Shown here one piece after another: positions 9,827 through 21,773 of a DNA stretch of 64,000 nucleotides. The notes beneath the pieces are model-generated. The model saw only the letters and a program-made list of their open reading frames with translations, did no database searches and was not told the origin of the DNA. Source of the stretch: Parcubacteria group bacterium GW2011_GWA2_43_13 (GTDB lineage Bacteria; Patescibacteriota; Patescibacteriia; UBA9629; GWA2-43-13); contig LCFM01000001.1 of the NCBI GenBank assembly GCA_000999025.1, positions 1,198 through 65,197 on the forward strand, given 5' to 3'. How positions within the stretch are numbered: the stretch's first letter is position 1; each line of letters opens with the position of its first letter. The position numbers were made by a program, and so were the translations under genes.

Positions 9827-10804
9827 TTAAATAACAAAAATAATATTCCTGTATTTTTCCAAAACTCCCAAACACCACAACGGAGCGGAATCAGAAGTAA
9901 GCGCGTCAGGAATATCTTCAAACAAAGAACACTGTTCTATACAGCGTTTTATATAATACTGACTCTCGCCTTCATTGTCAACTCTTTTATCCATTCGCCA
10001 TACCAGCGCTGAAGTTACCGCTGTCAGATACGCTGTATTCTGATTGGTAATCATCATACGCCACCGTTTCTTTTTCCAAGCTGTATATCCATATAAAAAA
10101 CGAAGATGCAGAGCGTGTGGCGGATTGTACAATATCATCCAATCAAGAATAATTTGAGTAACTATGCGCCAATCATGCTCGTCATACGGGCAGACACCTT
10201 GCATTCTCCCCATCAAAAGACGTGAAAGCACCTGCTCTTCTTCAGGGGTAATGGATTGAAGCAGTGGAACCAATAAAGAGACACTTTGATAGGAAAAAAG
10301 GTCATGCCCCTGTCCTCTGCCTTCTTCATGTGCTATGAGTTGCGCGACACGCAACGCGGCGCGGGACAGCGCGACTCCATCATGCACAATCCCTGCCCGC
10401 GCGAGAGAACATAAACAGCTTTTTACCGCAGTAAGATGCGTCGGTGTATCGCCAAGAGAGTACGAAATAAACTGCCGAAGATCATCATCTCTTCCTTGAG
10501 ACACAACCACCTTTCCGCTTAATTTAAACCATCCAAGCCGAAGCAAAAACTCCGGCATGATATGAATTGACACTTCAATATCATTGGCCTGATACACTGA
10601 CTGTTTCCACTCTTTCAGCTGATCACGGGTACGCAGAACACGCGCCGTATCAAGCGCTTTATGCGAAACAATATATATATCGCAATCAGAAACGCCATGA
10701 AGCTGTTCATCCCTCCAAAAACTCCCCCCAAAGAAAATTGTTTCATTAGGAAGGATCTTGACAAGAGCGGTTAAAAAATGTTGCGAAAACGGCACCTCTG
10801 CCAT
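9827..10804 (-). CDS. Putative Pol-beta-fold nucleotidyltransferase with a helical C-terminal part
   Basis: IFFGGSFWRDE...SDCDIYIV matches hG[GS]x9-13DhD; the rest is unrecognised. Confidence 0.55.
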   Translation of the reverse strand: MAEVPFSQHFLTALVKILPNETIFFGGSFWRDEQLHGVSDCDIYIVSHKALDTARVLRTRDQLKEWKQSVYQANDIEVSIHIMPEFLLRLGWFKLSGKVVVSQGRDDDLRQFISYSLGDTPTHLTAVKSCLCSLARAGIVHDGVALSRAALRVAQLIAHEEGRGQGHDLFSYQSVSLLVPLLQSITPEEEQVLSRLLMGRMQGVCPYDEHDWRIVTQIILDWMILYNPPHALHLRFLYGYTAWKKKRWRMMITNQNTAYLTAVTSALVWRMDKRVDNEGESQYYIKRCIEQCSLFEDIPDALTSDSAPLWCLGVLEKYRNIIFVI

Positions 10805-10843
10805 ATCGGATGTAGTGTAGGCAGTTTTCAAAAAAATGCAATA

Positions 10844-10883
10844 AGAGACGCCCCTCCGCCAGACGGCGGAGGAGCGTCTCTAC
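10844..10883. repeat. GTAG-type palindrome (family A) with a nested CCGCC-N4-GGCGG hairpin (family E)
   Basis: AGAGACGcccTCCGCCagacGGCGGAggagCGTCTCTAC just after the nusG stop. Confidence 0.8.
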
Positions 10884-10906
10884 AAACAACACCGATACTC
10901 TCTTAT

Positions 10907-11452
10907 TTACACTTTTTTGATCTGCAAAAAGTCGAGCTCAACCGGGGTCTCACGTCCGAACATGGAAATAATAATCTTAATCTTTCCACGCGCGACATCA
11001 ACATCGCTCACTTTGCCTTCGAATTCTTTAAACGGTCCATCAATAATTTTAACCGTATCCCCTGTTTCTACATCAATATTATAGGTCGGATCTTCCACGC
11101 CCATACGGCGCTGAAGTTCTTCTATCTCTTTGTCATCTATCGGGGTAGGAATAACGCCGGTGCCGATAAATCCAGTAACATTAGGAGTATTGCGCACCAC
11201 ATACCATGAATCATCTGTTACAACCATGCTCACCAACACATATCCGGGAAAAATCTTCTCTCTCGTTGTCTTGCGTTTGCCGTTTTTAATTTTAATCTTC
11301 GTTTCCGTAGGAATCAGAATATCAAAAATCTTATCCTCCATGTCTAAGGATTCTATGCGTTGTCTCAAATTTCGGGAGACATTTTCTTCATACCCAGAAT
11401 AGGTATGAATAGCATACCATCGCTGGCCTAATCCTTCATTCTGTTTCGCCAT
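10907..11452 (-). CDS. nusG: Transcription factor NusG
   Basis: WYAIHTYSGYE, FPGYVLV, VRNTPNVTGF, KOW GDTVKIIDGPF, MFGRETPVEL. Confidence 0.97.
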   Translation of the reverse strand: MAKQNEGLGQRWYAIHTYSGYEENVSRNLRQRIESLDMEDKIFDILIPTETKIKIKNGKRKTTREKIFPGYVLVSMVVTDDSWYVVRNTPNVTGFIGTGVIPTPIDDKEIEELQRRMGVEDPTYNIDVETGDTVKIIDGPFKEFEGKVSDVDVARGKIKIIISMFGRETPVELDFLQIKKV

Positions 11453-11551
11453 AAAAAAAACGTATAAACATATGAGCTGAGGAACCAATTGACCTAAAAA
11501 ACGCAAACGATTGTACGTGTTCTTTGTTTTCTCGTTCTTCAATTCTTATGT

Positions 11552-11758
11552 TTATCTATTTAACACCCACAACAATCCTTGATTAAACGCGTAATCAAGT
11601 CCGCCTAAAAACGCGGCGATGGCAAGAGATACAATAATCACGCCAAGCGTATTTTTAATCAAATCATTGCGCGTTGGCCATGAAACCTTACGCAGTTCTT
11701 CTTTAGAATTGCGCACATATTCAATCAACGCGCCTACGATACCCTTATGTAAAGCCAT
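11552..11758 (-). CDS. secE: Preprotein translocase subunit SecE
   Basis: ELRKVSWPTR plus one TM; upstream of nusG. Confidence 0.93.
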   Translation of the reverse strand: MALHKGIVGALIEYVRNSKEELRKVSWPTRNDLIKNTLGVIIVSLAIAAFLGGLDYAFNQGLLWVLNR

Positions 11759-11798
11759 ATTTTAAGTATTTTAAAACCCCTCGTCTGGGGTTAGATAT

Positions 11799-11827
11799 AC
11801 TGTACGCTTTCTGAATATTTCTGTCAA
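11799..11827 (-). promoter_or_regulatory. Putative sigma70 promoter of secE-nusG
   Basis: TTGACA (11822-11827), 17 bp, TACAGT (11799-11804). Confidence 0.55.
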
Positions 11828-11854
11828 CATATGAAAAACCGGTATGTTTTCCCC

Positions 11855-14158
11855 CTACTCCGCTCCTTGGTTAATAGTAAAATTACGGGTATTGACCACG
11901 CCTTTTGCACTGTTTGTTGGCGCGATGTTTATACTATACTCATTAGAAGCAGTCAGTCCGACAGGAATCACCCATGCGTATGAGCCGATATTTTCCGCGC
12001 TTGAAGATATGGTTTTTATTACTTTCCCTCCCTTATCCAGCCGCAAAAAAACCTTTGTCACGCTCGTGCCAACAAACCATGCCGGCCATGTTACAGTGAG
12101 CGTATCCCCGACAACAAAGACAGCAGTTTGAATAGGCGCAATAGAAATAGTACTGCCAGTCATTCGTATACTTGTGGAGACAGATCCGGTTTGAGTGCCA
12201 GATGCTTTCTTTTGAATCACCTCTATTACATAATCTCCTGTTGGCATATCAGAAGGGACATTCCATAAAAAACTCCCTTCAACGCCAATATCGTCGGCAA
12301 TAATTGTTTGCGTTTGAGGATACCAGCTTGATTTAAGAAGAATTTTTGCTTTATCCCCTGATCCGCCTTTCCACGATATCGCAACAGAACTGCCAGCCAC
12401 AATCTCACTACCGGAAACAGGCGCTGTTAGTTCTAATGCGCCTGATATAATGGCGGTGGATATTCGATGTGTATCTTTATATCCCTCATTTGCGGTTGAA
12501 CACAAATCATTACTACTTGAACATGACACAGTAACGTCAATAAAAAGAGTCCCTTCAGTATCTTTAGGCGCTGTAAGAGCAAGAGCATACAGGTTGGTGC
12601 TCTTTTGCCATACAGCCAAAACAGGACTGTTCTCTTTTGAGCCATACACTAATGTGGCATGAACCGCAATGCGAAGGGACGTGCCAAGTTGCGAAAGTTC
12701 AGGCGCCTGTGCCACTCGAACAAACAATGATATTTTTTCACCCTGCCTGTATTCGGGATTCAACCCGGTAATTTCCTCTATTGTTACCAACTGCCCCTGA
12801 AACAATACCTTTTTTCGGATCTCTACTTTTTCGCGACGGACGCATACATCACCATTGCATACGCGCAATGTATACATTCCGGCCTGTGCCTGTATCTGAA
12901 ACGCGTATTCCTGCCTCTCCTCTTTCCCGTCGCTTACTGGAACCGTTCCTATGGGCAGAATTTCATTTTTTGCAGACACAAACGAAAGCGTTGTCGCGCT
13001 TTCCTGAAGATTACGATACGTCCATGCTATCACTGCCGATCCTTCCTGATGCCATACATCAGTCGCATTCGGCCGTACGATTTCTATGAATGGTATTTTT
13101 TGCGGTTGAAACCCTTCTTGCAGTTTCGCAACTCGCGGCTTGGGTAATGCACCAGCATCAACTCCTCCGTCTGTAAAAGTTGCTAATAATGACTGCATAA
13201 CCGAAATGGCACGAGTTGTATCAATGCCTTTCTTTGTCAATTCCGTGAGCGTTCCTGAAAGTTTCTTTTTACTATATGTTGAACCAAATTTTTCTATTCT
13301 ATAATAATCATTCCCGCTTTTAATAAGGGTCCCTGCTGGGATAGCGGTATTTTCCGTCCAATCGGCGCCAATCTCATAATGGAATTTTTCCACCACATCA
13401 TCAGGAATCCAAATCACGCGCTTCCATTGCGGATCATTGTATATTTTTTGATACACTTCCGCGGAAATGATCGGACGAAGCTGGCCATTTTCAACAACAA
13501 ACACTGTTCGCCTATCCTTAGAGCCGACACTTTTTTCCGTGCCTCTAAACAGCGTACCGTCTGGGAATGCGAGAGGGTTTGTTGTTTCAAAATCAGATAA
13601 ACTGACGGGCTTAACAGCATTAAAATCCTTATATCCGTACGCGTAAAATACGCTTTCATGCGGCACCACGCTTAACCGCAAATCATCTGTAACATAATAC
13701 ACTGCTTGCGAATTCGACGATTTTACAAAATCCCCAATTGCAACTCGTTCCGTTGCTTTGGGAAGTATCTCAACCGATAGCAAAACAGTGCGCTGATCTG
13801 CGCCACTTTTCACAGAAAGAGTAAATGGTATTATTTGCGCTGTACTCGACGTATTATGCGCGATTCCATACAACTGGGTTCGTGCTCCCACATTAAACCC
13901 CGGCCCATTGCACCGAAGGCCAAGCATGTCTGAAATACTCATGTCTTTGGGGCACTGCACCGATAGAGTAACTGTATCCTGCGGAAGATATTGCTCAATC
14001 TGCCAACGAAGCGTAATGCGATCTCCAGAAATAACCTGCGGGCGATAGTCCTGTTTAAAGGATTGGATTGTCGCTGAATGAACATCTGACGCAAAAAGGG
14101 CTATCGTTACCGCGCCTGTTATACCAGCAGATACGATGATTGATCGTATGCACTTCAT
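11855..14158 (-). CDS. Secreted multidomain surface protein
   Basis: Signal peptide MKCIRSIIV...VHSA; GD/GTLxK...AVYYV repeats common in CPR surface proteins; C-terminal Ig-like modules (GSFLWNVPSDMPTGDY, GSYAWVIP). Confidence 0.75.
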   Translation of the reverse strand: MKCIRSIIVSAGITGAVTIALFASDVHSATIQSFKQDYRPQVISGDRITLRWQIEQYLPQDTVTLSVQCPKDMSISDMLGLRCNGPGFNVGARTQLYGIAHNTSSTAQIIPFTLSVKSGADQRTVLLSVEILPKATERVAIGDFVKSSNSQAVYYVTDDLRLSVVPHESVFYAYGYKDFNAVKPVSLSDFETTNPLAFPDGTLFRGTEKSVGSKDRRTVFVVENGQLRPIISAEVYQKIYNDPQWKRVIWIPDDVVEKFHYEIGADWTENTAIPAGTLIKSGNDYYRIEKFGSTYSKKKLSGTLTELTKKGIDTTRAISVMQSLLATFTDGGVDAGALPKPRVAKLQEGFQPQKIPFIEIVRPNATDVWHQEGSAVIAWTYRNLQESATTLSFVSAKNEILPIGTVPVSDGKEERQEYAFQIQAQAGMYTLRVCNGDVCVRREKVEIRKKVLFQGQLVTIEEITGLNPEYRQGEKISLFVRVAQAPELSQLGTSLRIAVHATLVYGSKENSPVLAVWQKSTNLYALALTAPKDTEGTLFIDVTVSCSSSNDLCSTANEGYKDTHRISTAIISGALELTAPVSGSEIVAGSSVAISWKGGSGDKAKILLKSSWYPQTQTIIADDIGVEGSFLWNVPSDMPTGDYVIEVIQKKASGTQTGSVSTSIRMTGSTISIAPIQTAVFVVGDTLTVTWPAWFVGTSVTKVFLRLDKGGKVIKTISSSAENIGSYAWVIPVGLTASNEYSINIAPTNSAKGVVNTRNFTINQGAE

Positions 14159-14298
14159 ATGTTGTTTTATATTTTTTTCACCTTCAGGAACAGTCCCCTT
14201 TTGCACGCGCCATTTTTTATTATCGAACAAGCGAGAGAAGTGGGAAAGCTACGCTTTCACATTTCCGAGCGAGTGAAGATAACACAGGGGTAATACCT

Positions 14299-16329
<2,031 letters not shown>

Positions 16330-16379
16330 CTAATAGTACTCTATTTTAGCACAACTGCGCTAAAAAAACAATACATTAC

Positions 16380-17351
16380 TTAATGAACAGCTGGAGTTGC
16401 AACCATAGTCGCTACAATATAGATAACATACATGGCAATGAGAAAAAAACCCTCCCATCTCACTAACCGCGATCCTGTTGTGAGAAAACCAATCCCAACA
16501 ATCGTCGCAAGAATTAACAAAGGAATATCACGAACAAAAAGCGTCTGTGATACTGAAATGGAATGAATCACGCTGACGACACCAATAATGAAAAGCGTAT
16601 TGAATATAACACCTCCAAAAACATTTCCAATGTTCACATCACTTGCGTGATGCGTGCTTGCTATGATAGAAGTAATCATTTCAGGCAGAACTGTCCCGGC
16701 TGATACAAGCGTCATTCCAATAATGAATGATGGTACCCCCCACCATGTTGCTAAAGTAACGCCTGAATCAACAATCAGCCACGCTCCGATAATCAAAGCA
16801 ACAACGCCAATACCAAGCTTCGCGAATGAACGCTCCAGGGAATGGGTCTCTCTATGTGCATTCAGCGCACGAAGACGATTCAGAATGTGCGGATGAATAT
16901 GCTCATTGCGAAGTTGAAGGGTAAGAAGGAAAAAAAACGCACCATAGGCAATCAATAACAGTATGCCGTCAAAACGATCAATCACACCGTCTATTCCAAG
17001 CACCCATACCAGAGCAATGGCCAATACAACAAATGGCGCTTCTCCAGTAAGGGTTGATTTATTGATTGATACCGGATTGATAAGCGCGGCTAACCCCAAC
17101 ACAACACACAGGTTTAAAAATCCAGCGCCAATAATATTGCCTAAACTTAAAGCAGTATCCCCTCCTATCGCGGAAAAAATTCCAACCCCCAATTCAGGCA
17201 ACGATGTTCCGATCGCAATAATCGTCAATCCAACCATCAGGCGAGGAAAGCCAAAAAAACGAGCCACTTTTGTTGACCCGTCAACTACAGAAGTCGCGCC
17301 CTTCCATACCGCAACAGCTCCAAGAGCAAGCAACAAAATGCGCAAAACCAT
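16380..17351 (-). CDS. Calcium/sodium antiporter (YrbG/CaCA family)
   Basis: Two alpha-repeats, IGTSLPE and AGTVLPE, each followed by GNI/GNV; about 10 TM. Confidence 0.9.
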   Translation of the reverse strand: MVLRILLLALGAVAVWKGATSVVDGSTKVARFFGFPRLMVGLTIIAIGTSLPELGVGIFSAIGGDTALSLGNIIGAGFLNLCVVLGLAALINPVSINKSTLTGEAPFVVLAIALVWVLGIDGVIDRFDGILLLIAYGAFFFLLTLQLRNEHIHPHILNRLRALNAHRETHSLERSFAKLGIGVVALIIGAWLIVDSGVTLATWWGVPSFIIGMTLVSAGTVLPEMITSIIASTHHASDVNIGNVFGGVIFNTLFIIGVVSVIHSISVSQTLFVRDIPLLILATIVGIGFLTTGSRLVRWEGFFLIAMYVIYIVATMVATPAVH

Positions 17352-17363
17352 ATAAAAAAACGG

Positions 17364-17675
17364 TTACCGTTCTTTAGTTAATTTTAAATCAAACTCAACG
17401 CCTCCGATACAGCGTGCCCATATATTATATAATCCGGAAACAACAAACCCTGCCACAAACCCGAGAGCAATGGCAATTAACGGAAATACGGTCGTATTAA
17501 AAGCGACATGCACCCAATAGAGCGGATTATTCATTCCCCACCCTCCTCCGGATATCACTGCCCGAATACCATCAACAAAAATCGCGACCACGGACCAAGT
17601 AAAAAATCCGCTTCCGGCAAGCAACCCGATTATCATGGCACAAGATACAGGCGGTATGCGTTTTATTTCATACAT
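17364..17675 (-). CDS. Small membrane protein (DUF3566-like)
   Basis: IKRIPPVS...LYNIWARCIGGVEFDL; 2 TM. Confidence 0.6.
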   Translation of the reverse strand: MYEIKRIPPVSCAMIIGLLAGSGFFTWSVVAIFVDGIRAVISGGGWGMNNPLYWVHVAFNTTVFPLIAIALGFVAGFVVSGLYNIWARCIGGVEFDLKLTKER

Positions 17676-17760
17676 AGATATATAAGATACGAAACTCGAA
17701 ACATATTCAAACTTTAAAATTAAAAACTCTATTAAAAAGTTTAAATGCCGAAATTCGAAT

Positions 17761-20130
17761 TTACTCTATTGTTCCTTTATATTTTTTCACGATCATCGCA
17801 ATAATGGAAGATTCTATCGTTGCAACCGCCTCATGTGTCAGTGTCGCATCTTGCGAACGATACACAATACGCAGGGTCATAGTAATGATCCCCTCACTTT
17901 CAAACCGTGATATATAATCCACTTTCTCAATCAATGGACTCATCTTTTGAATGGCTATATGTAGTATAGCAAATTCAGGAGCATTGGTGAAGTACAAAGA
18001 AATATCACGGATAATGGCGGGATAGACCGGAGGAGAAATAAAACGCTTCTGCGACAATTCACTCTCCGCGCATATATCAAGATTAATCCATCCATACGCG
18101 AATGGAGACCCAAGTTTAAAAACAGGAAGAGAATGGTACGCTCCGACTTCGGCAACAACACGGCGAGCATACATAATCCGAGCGCGCTGATTTTCTTTAT
18201 CCGCAACCCAGTGCAAAGGAATCACTGCGATACGCGACAGTATATGTTCAACCGTTCCTTTCATCTCTTGAAACACTGTATCCAATAATGCTGTTTTGAA
18301 ACTTCTCACCCCTGCCCACTGGCGTATTTCATCAGGCAAATCTCGCTTTGCGCTCTTATGATACACTGAACCGCATTCAAACACAGCAATGTTGTCATGC
18401 TGTTTCAATGCGCGACTCAATGACTCTGCCAACTGCGGAATCAACGATGTTCGTAAATATTTTTGATCTTCGCTCAAAGGGTTCGCTATCTCTATATGTT
18501 GCGCTGTAATGCCACCACATGCGGTACTGTGCTCATCTCCATAAAACGCAAGATGGATAAGCTCATCATATCCCAACGCGACACTCTCTTTTCGCGCGCA
18601 ATTTCTGCGGACAAAAACAGGATCACATACAGGAACGCGAAGTTCGCCTCGAGGAAGTGTTGGTGTGAGACGATGAAATCCATACAAACGTCCCACCTCT
18701 TCAATGATATCTTCTTCCAAATAAAGATCATGCCGATACGAAGGCGGCACAACGCGAAATCCATTTGGCGCAGGGCTTACTGCACACCCATCTGATAACA
18801 GAATCCGCTCCACCTGCTCTAAAGGAATCGTTACCCCTAAAAGAGCATCAAGCCGATCATGAGGCAATAAAATAGCAGGGATTTTGGGCTTCGGATCGCT
18901 CACGCTCACCTGGCCTTTGAGTATTTCGCCGCCAGTCATTTCGGCAATCATACGGCTGGCGCGATCAAGCGCCTTGCTTGTGATATCCCAATCAATCCCT
19001 TTTTCAAACCGGGTAAGCGCTTCGGTTCGCATGCCCAAATACTGGCCTGCGCGCCGCACCGCAACCCCATCAAATTGAGCGCTTTCAATGACAATATCTC
19101 TGGTCTTTTCAGTAACTGACGATGCAATCCCTCCCATAACTCCTGCCACAGCAAGAGGCCCTTTGGAATCAGCAATCACTAATATATCATCAGATAATCC
19201 GTATTCCTGATCATCTAATAATGTAATTTTTTCCCCTTTGCGCGCTTTCCTGACTTCAATGCGATGCAGTCCGGACACGCGATTGATTGTTTTTAAATCA
19301 AAGGCGTGGAGTGGCTGGCCGTATGCCATCATCACATAATTCGTACAGTCCACAACAACATTAATAGGCCGTATTCCAACAGCACGCAATCGCGCCTCAA
19401 GCCAGGCGGGCGATTGACCGATGGCAACATTTCGCACAACACGCGCTCGATATTGCGGACACCACTTGGGAATTCTAACATCAACGCTCATTACATCGGA
19501 AACCATTGATTTCCCTTGCGATCCGATAAGCGATTCCTTATGGATCATCTGCTCAATCGCAGAGCTCAAAGCAGGATTATGAACAAGAGCGGCGATCTCT
19601 CTCGCCATACCGATATGGCTTAAACAATCAGCTCGGTTCGGGGTTATAGAACAATCAAACACAGTATCATCCAGGCCCAATGCGGACTGAAGCGAACTCC
19701 CCTTGTTTGCATCAGAAGGAAGAATATAAATACCTGCGTGGTCATCTCCTATTCCCAATTCTTTTGAAGAACACAGCATGCCTTGAGACAGTGTTCCTCG
19801 AATCGTTGATTCTTCAATCACACGGCCGTCCGAAAGCCGCGCTCCGTGAGGAGCAACTGGCACTTTTTGTCCAACCGCGATATTAGAAGCGCCACATACA
19901 ATGGTCAATGGTTTTATTTTCCCGACAGTCACTGTTGCCACACGCAGACGATCGGCATTCGGATGCGGTTCAATGGTTATAATTTCCCCTACAATAATAT
20001 CTTTTAACCCCTTACCAACATATTCAATGCTTTCAACTTCAATTCCGCCAAAGGTAAAATCACGCGCGATTTCTTCCGCGCTTTTGTCAGTATGAATATA
20101 ATCACGAAGCCAATTGAGAGAAACCTTCAT
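17761..20130 (-). CDS. pheT: Phenylalanyl-tRNA synthetase beta subunit
   Basis: MKVSLNWL, HPNADRL, ITPNRADCLSHIGMARE, GQPLHAFD, EEVGRLYG, NPLSEDQ. Confidence 0.96.
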   Translation of the reverse strand: MKVSLNWLRDYIHTDKSAEEIARDFTFGGIEVESIEYVGKGLKDIIVGEIITIEPHPNADRLRVATVTVGKIKPLTIVCGASNIAVGQKVPVAPHGARLSDGRVIEESTIRGTLSQGMLCSSKELGIGDDHAGIYILPSDANKGSSLQSALGLDDTVFDCSITPNRADCLSHIGMAREIAALVHNPALSSAIEQMIHKESLIGSQGKSMVSDVMSVDVRIPKWCPQYRARVVRNVAIGQSPAWLEARLRAVGIRPINVVVDCTNYVMMAYGQPLHAFDLKTINRVSGLHRIEVRKARKGEKITLLDDQEYGLSDDILVIADSKGPLAVAGVMGGIASSVTEKTRDIVIESAQFDGVAVRRAGQYLGMRTEALTRFEKGIDWDITSKALDRASRMIAEMTGGEILKGQVSVSDPKPKIPAILLPHDRLDALLGVTIPLEQVERILLSDGCAVSPAPNGFRVVPPSYRHDLYLEEDIIEEVGRLYGFHRLTPTLPRGELRVPVCDPVFVRRNCARKESVALGYDELIHLAFYGDEHSTACGGITAQHIEIANPLSEDQKYLRTSLIPQLAESLSRALKQHDNIAVFECGSVYHKSAKRDLPDEIRQWAGVRSFKTALLDTVFQEMKGTVEHILSRIAVIPLHWVADKENQRARIMYARRVVAEVGAYHSLPVFKLGSPFAYGWINLDICAESELSQKRFISPPVYPAIIRDISLYFTNAPEFAILHIAIQKMSPLIEKVDYISRFESEGIITMTLRIVYRSQDATLTHEAVATIESSIIAMIVKKYKGTIE

Positions 20131-20239
20131 ACAAAGCAATCCTAATCCGCCATCTGGCGGAACAAATCTCATCCGAATCTACTAATACAACGACTGGATT
20201 CGTAGATTCGGATGTCATTCGCAGATTGGGATTGCCTCC

Positions 20240-21292
20240 TTAAAATTGTCGCACAAACTCAACATCTCCAGAATATCCTAATCGAATATCAGGAATCCCG
20301 TACGCAAGCATCATCATACGATCAATCCCCATGCCAAAAGCAAATCCGGAATATTTCCGCGAATCAACTTTCATATTTTTTAACACCACAGGGTGTACCA
20401 TACCGGCGCCTAACATTTCCACCCATCCGGTACGCTTGCACACAGAACATCCTCCATCTCTCCTGCCCCCCCCTTGGTAAGGAGGTTGAGTACTCCCCCC
20501 GCACATCATACAACTGATATCAACCTCAAACCCGGGTTCAACAAAGGGGAAATAACTCGGCCTCAAACGTATGGTTGTATCTTTCCCATACAACCCTTTC
20601 ATGGCCGCAGAAAGGCACCCCATTAAATCCGTAACGCGAATGCCTTTGTCTATCACCAAACCCTCAAGCTGAAAAAAATTACTTCCATGAGTCGCATCAG
20701 TCGCCTCATGCCGAAAAACCCTTCCGGGAACAATAAGCCGAACAGGCGGGGTTCGATGTTCCATGGCTCGAATTTGCACTGGCGACGTATGAGTGCGCAA
20801 CACAACGCTTTCCTCTTCTTTCCCATGCCGAACATAAAACGTATCCCACATATCGCGGGCAGGATGATCTTTAGGGATATTCAATGCAGAAAAATTATAA
20901 TACCCAAGCTCTATTTCCGGCCCTTCAACAACATCAAATCCCATCCCTAAAAAAACAGAAATCACCTGATCCATCACTTGATATAATGGGTGCTCATGCC
21001 CGCGTTCAGGAATACGGCCAGGCAAGGACATATCAATTCGGGCGTTCGCTCCGCGCGCATCGTGTGTTTTAAACAATTGCATCAATTCTTGTTTTATCGC
21101 ATTGGCTATAGGGCCGATCTCTTTTTTTTCTTCCACAGATAGACCTGCCAATTGCTTCATAAGAAGGGCAACTTTCCCTTTTCTTCCCACATACAACGAC
21201 CGCCACGCTTCACGCGCGCGGTTATCAGTTTCTTTGATGTTCTTAAAAGTGTCAGTTGCTTCTTTTTGAAGAGATAAAAACGCGTCTTTCAT
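20240..21292 (-). CDS. pheS: Phenylalanyl-tRNA synthetase alpha subunit
   Basis: HPARDMWDTF, LRTHTSPVQ, RPSYFPFVEP, GFAFGMGIDR. Confidence 0.97.
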   Translation of the reverse strand: MKDAFLSLQKEATDTFKNIKETDNRAREAWRSLYVGRKGKVALLMKQLAGLSVEEKKEIGPIANAIKQELMQLFKTHDARGANARIDMSLPGRIPERGHEHPLYQVMDQVISVFLGMGFDVVEGPEIELGYYNFSALNIPKDHPARDMWDTFYVRHGKEEESVVLRTHTSPVQIRAMEHRTPPVRLIVPGRVFRHEATDATHGSNFFQLEGLVIDKGIRVTDLMGCLSAAMKGLYGKDTTIRLRPSYFPFVEPGFEVDISCMMCGGSTQPPYQGGGRRDGGCSVCKRTGWVEMLGAGMVHPVVLKNMKVDSRKYSGFAFGMGIDRMMMLAYGIPDIRLGYSGDVEFVRQF

Positions 21293-21300
21293 ATGTCCGT

Positions 21301-21329
21301 GTAAAGACGCATTGTTAATGCGTCTTTAC
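21301..21329. repeat. Family A palindrome variant
   Basis: GTAAAGACGCATTgttAATGCGTCTTTAC upstream of pheS. Confidence 0.75.
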
Positions 21330-21338
21330 TATTTATCA

Positions 21339-21722
21339 TCACGTCTTTCGTTGCGAACGATACAATAAAAGAAGTTCTATCATAGCGAACAAAAGGATAA
21401 AGAGCAAGATATTTGTCCACGGCAATAACCCGTGCGCCTGAAGGTACAAAGCAAAGTTAACAACCAACGCGTACCATATGGCATGGCGAAATGAAACTAC
21501 CACATCATGCTCATCCAGTGCGCCACGCGTACGGATTGCGTGGTACCCTAATCCGATCAGCGCAAATGTGCCTACTAATGCACATACCGATGTCGCATAA
21601 AATAATACAACACCAGTCATGCCAGATGTAAACGGATCTACAAACATCAAAACCCCACTCCATGCAATCCACATCAAGAGTGTTCCGATAAGTAAAGCAA
21701 CAGTATAGCGTTTGATAGACAT
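21339..21722 (-). CDS. Four-TM hypothetical protein
   Basis: 127 aa, hydrophobic; VDP, FY and SFRHA motifs seen in CPR membrane proteins. Confidence 0.7.
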   Translation of the reverse strand: MSIKRYTVALLIGTLLMWIAWSGVLMFVDPFTSGMTGVVLFYATSVCALVGTFALIGLGYHAIRTRGALDEHDVVVSFRHAIWYALVVNFALYLQAHGLLPWTNILLFILLFAMIELLLLYRSQRKT

Positions 21723-21736
21723 ACATGACGATTATT

Positions 21737-21764
21737 GTAGAGACGGGGTTAACCCCGTCTCTAC
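21737..21764. repeat. Family A perfect 28 bp palindrome (GTAG-type REP)
   Basis: GTAGAGACGGGGTTAACCCCGTCTCTAC; identical at 28800, 29954 and 40333, one mismatch at 39021. Confidence 0.95.
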
Positions 21765-21773
21765 AATAGTGTG

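Noticed and set aside
11760-11850. tRNA-Trp or rpmG expected upstream of secE
   Set aside because: No cloverleaf or ORF; only a promoter and a short hairpin.
14160-14298. Small hairpins and a GGGGACTGTTCC motif after gyrB
   Set aside because: Single occurrence in the window; cannot be assigned to a family or function.
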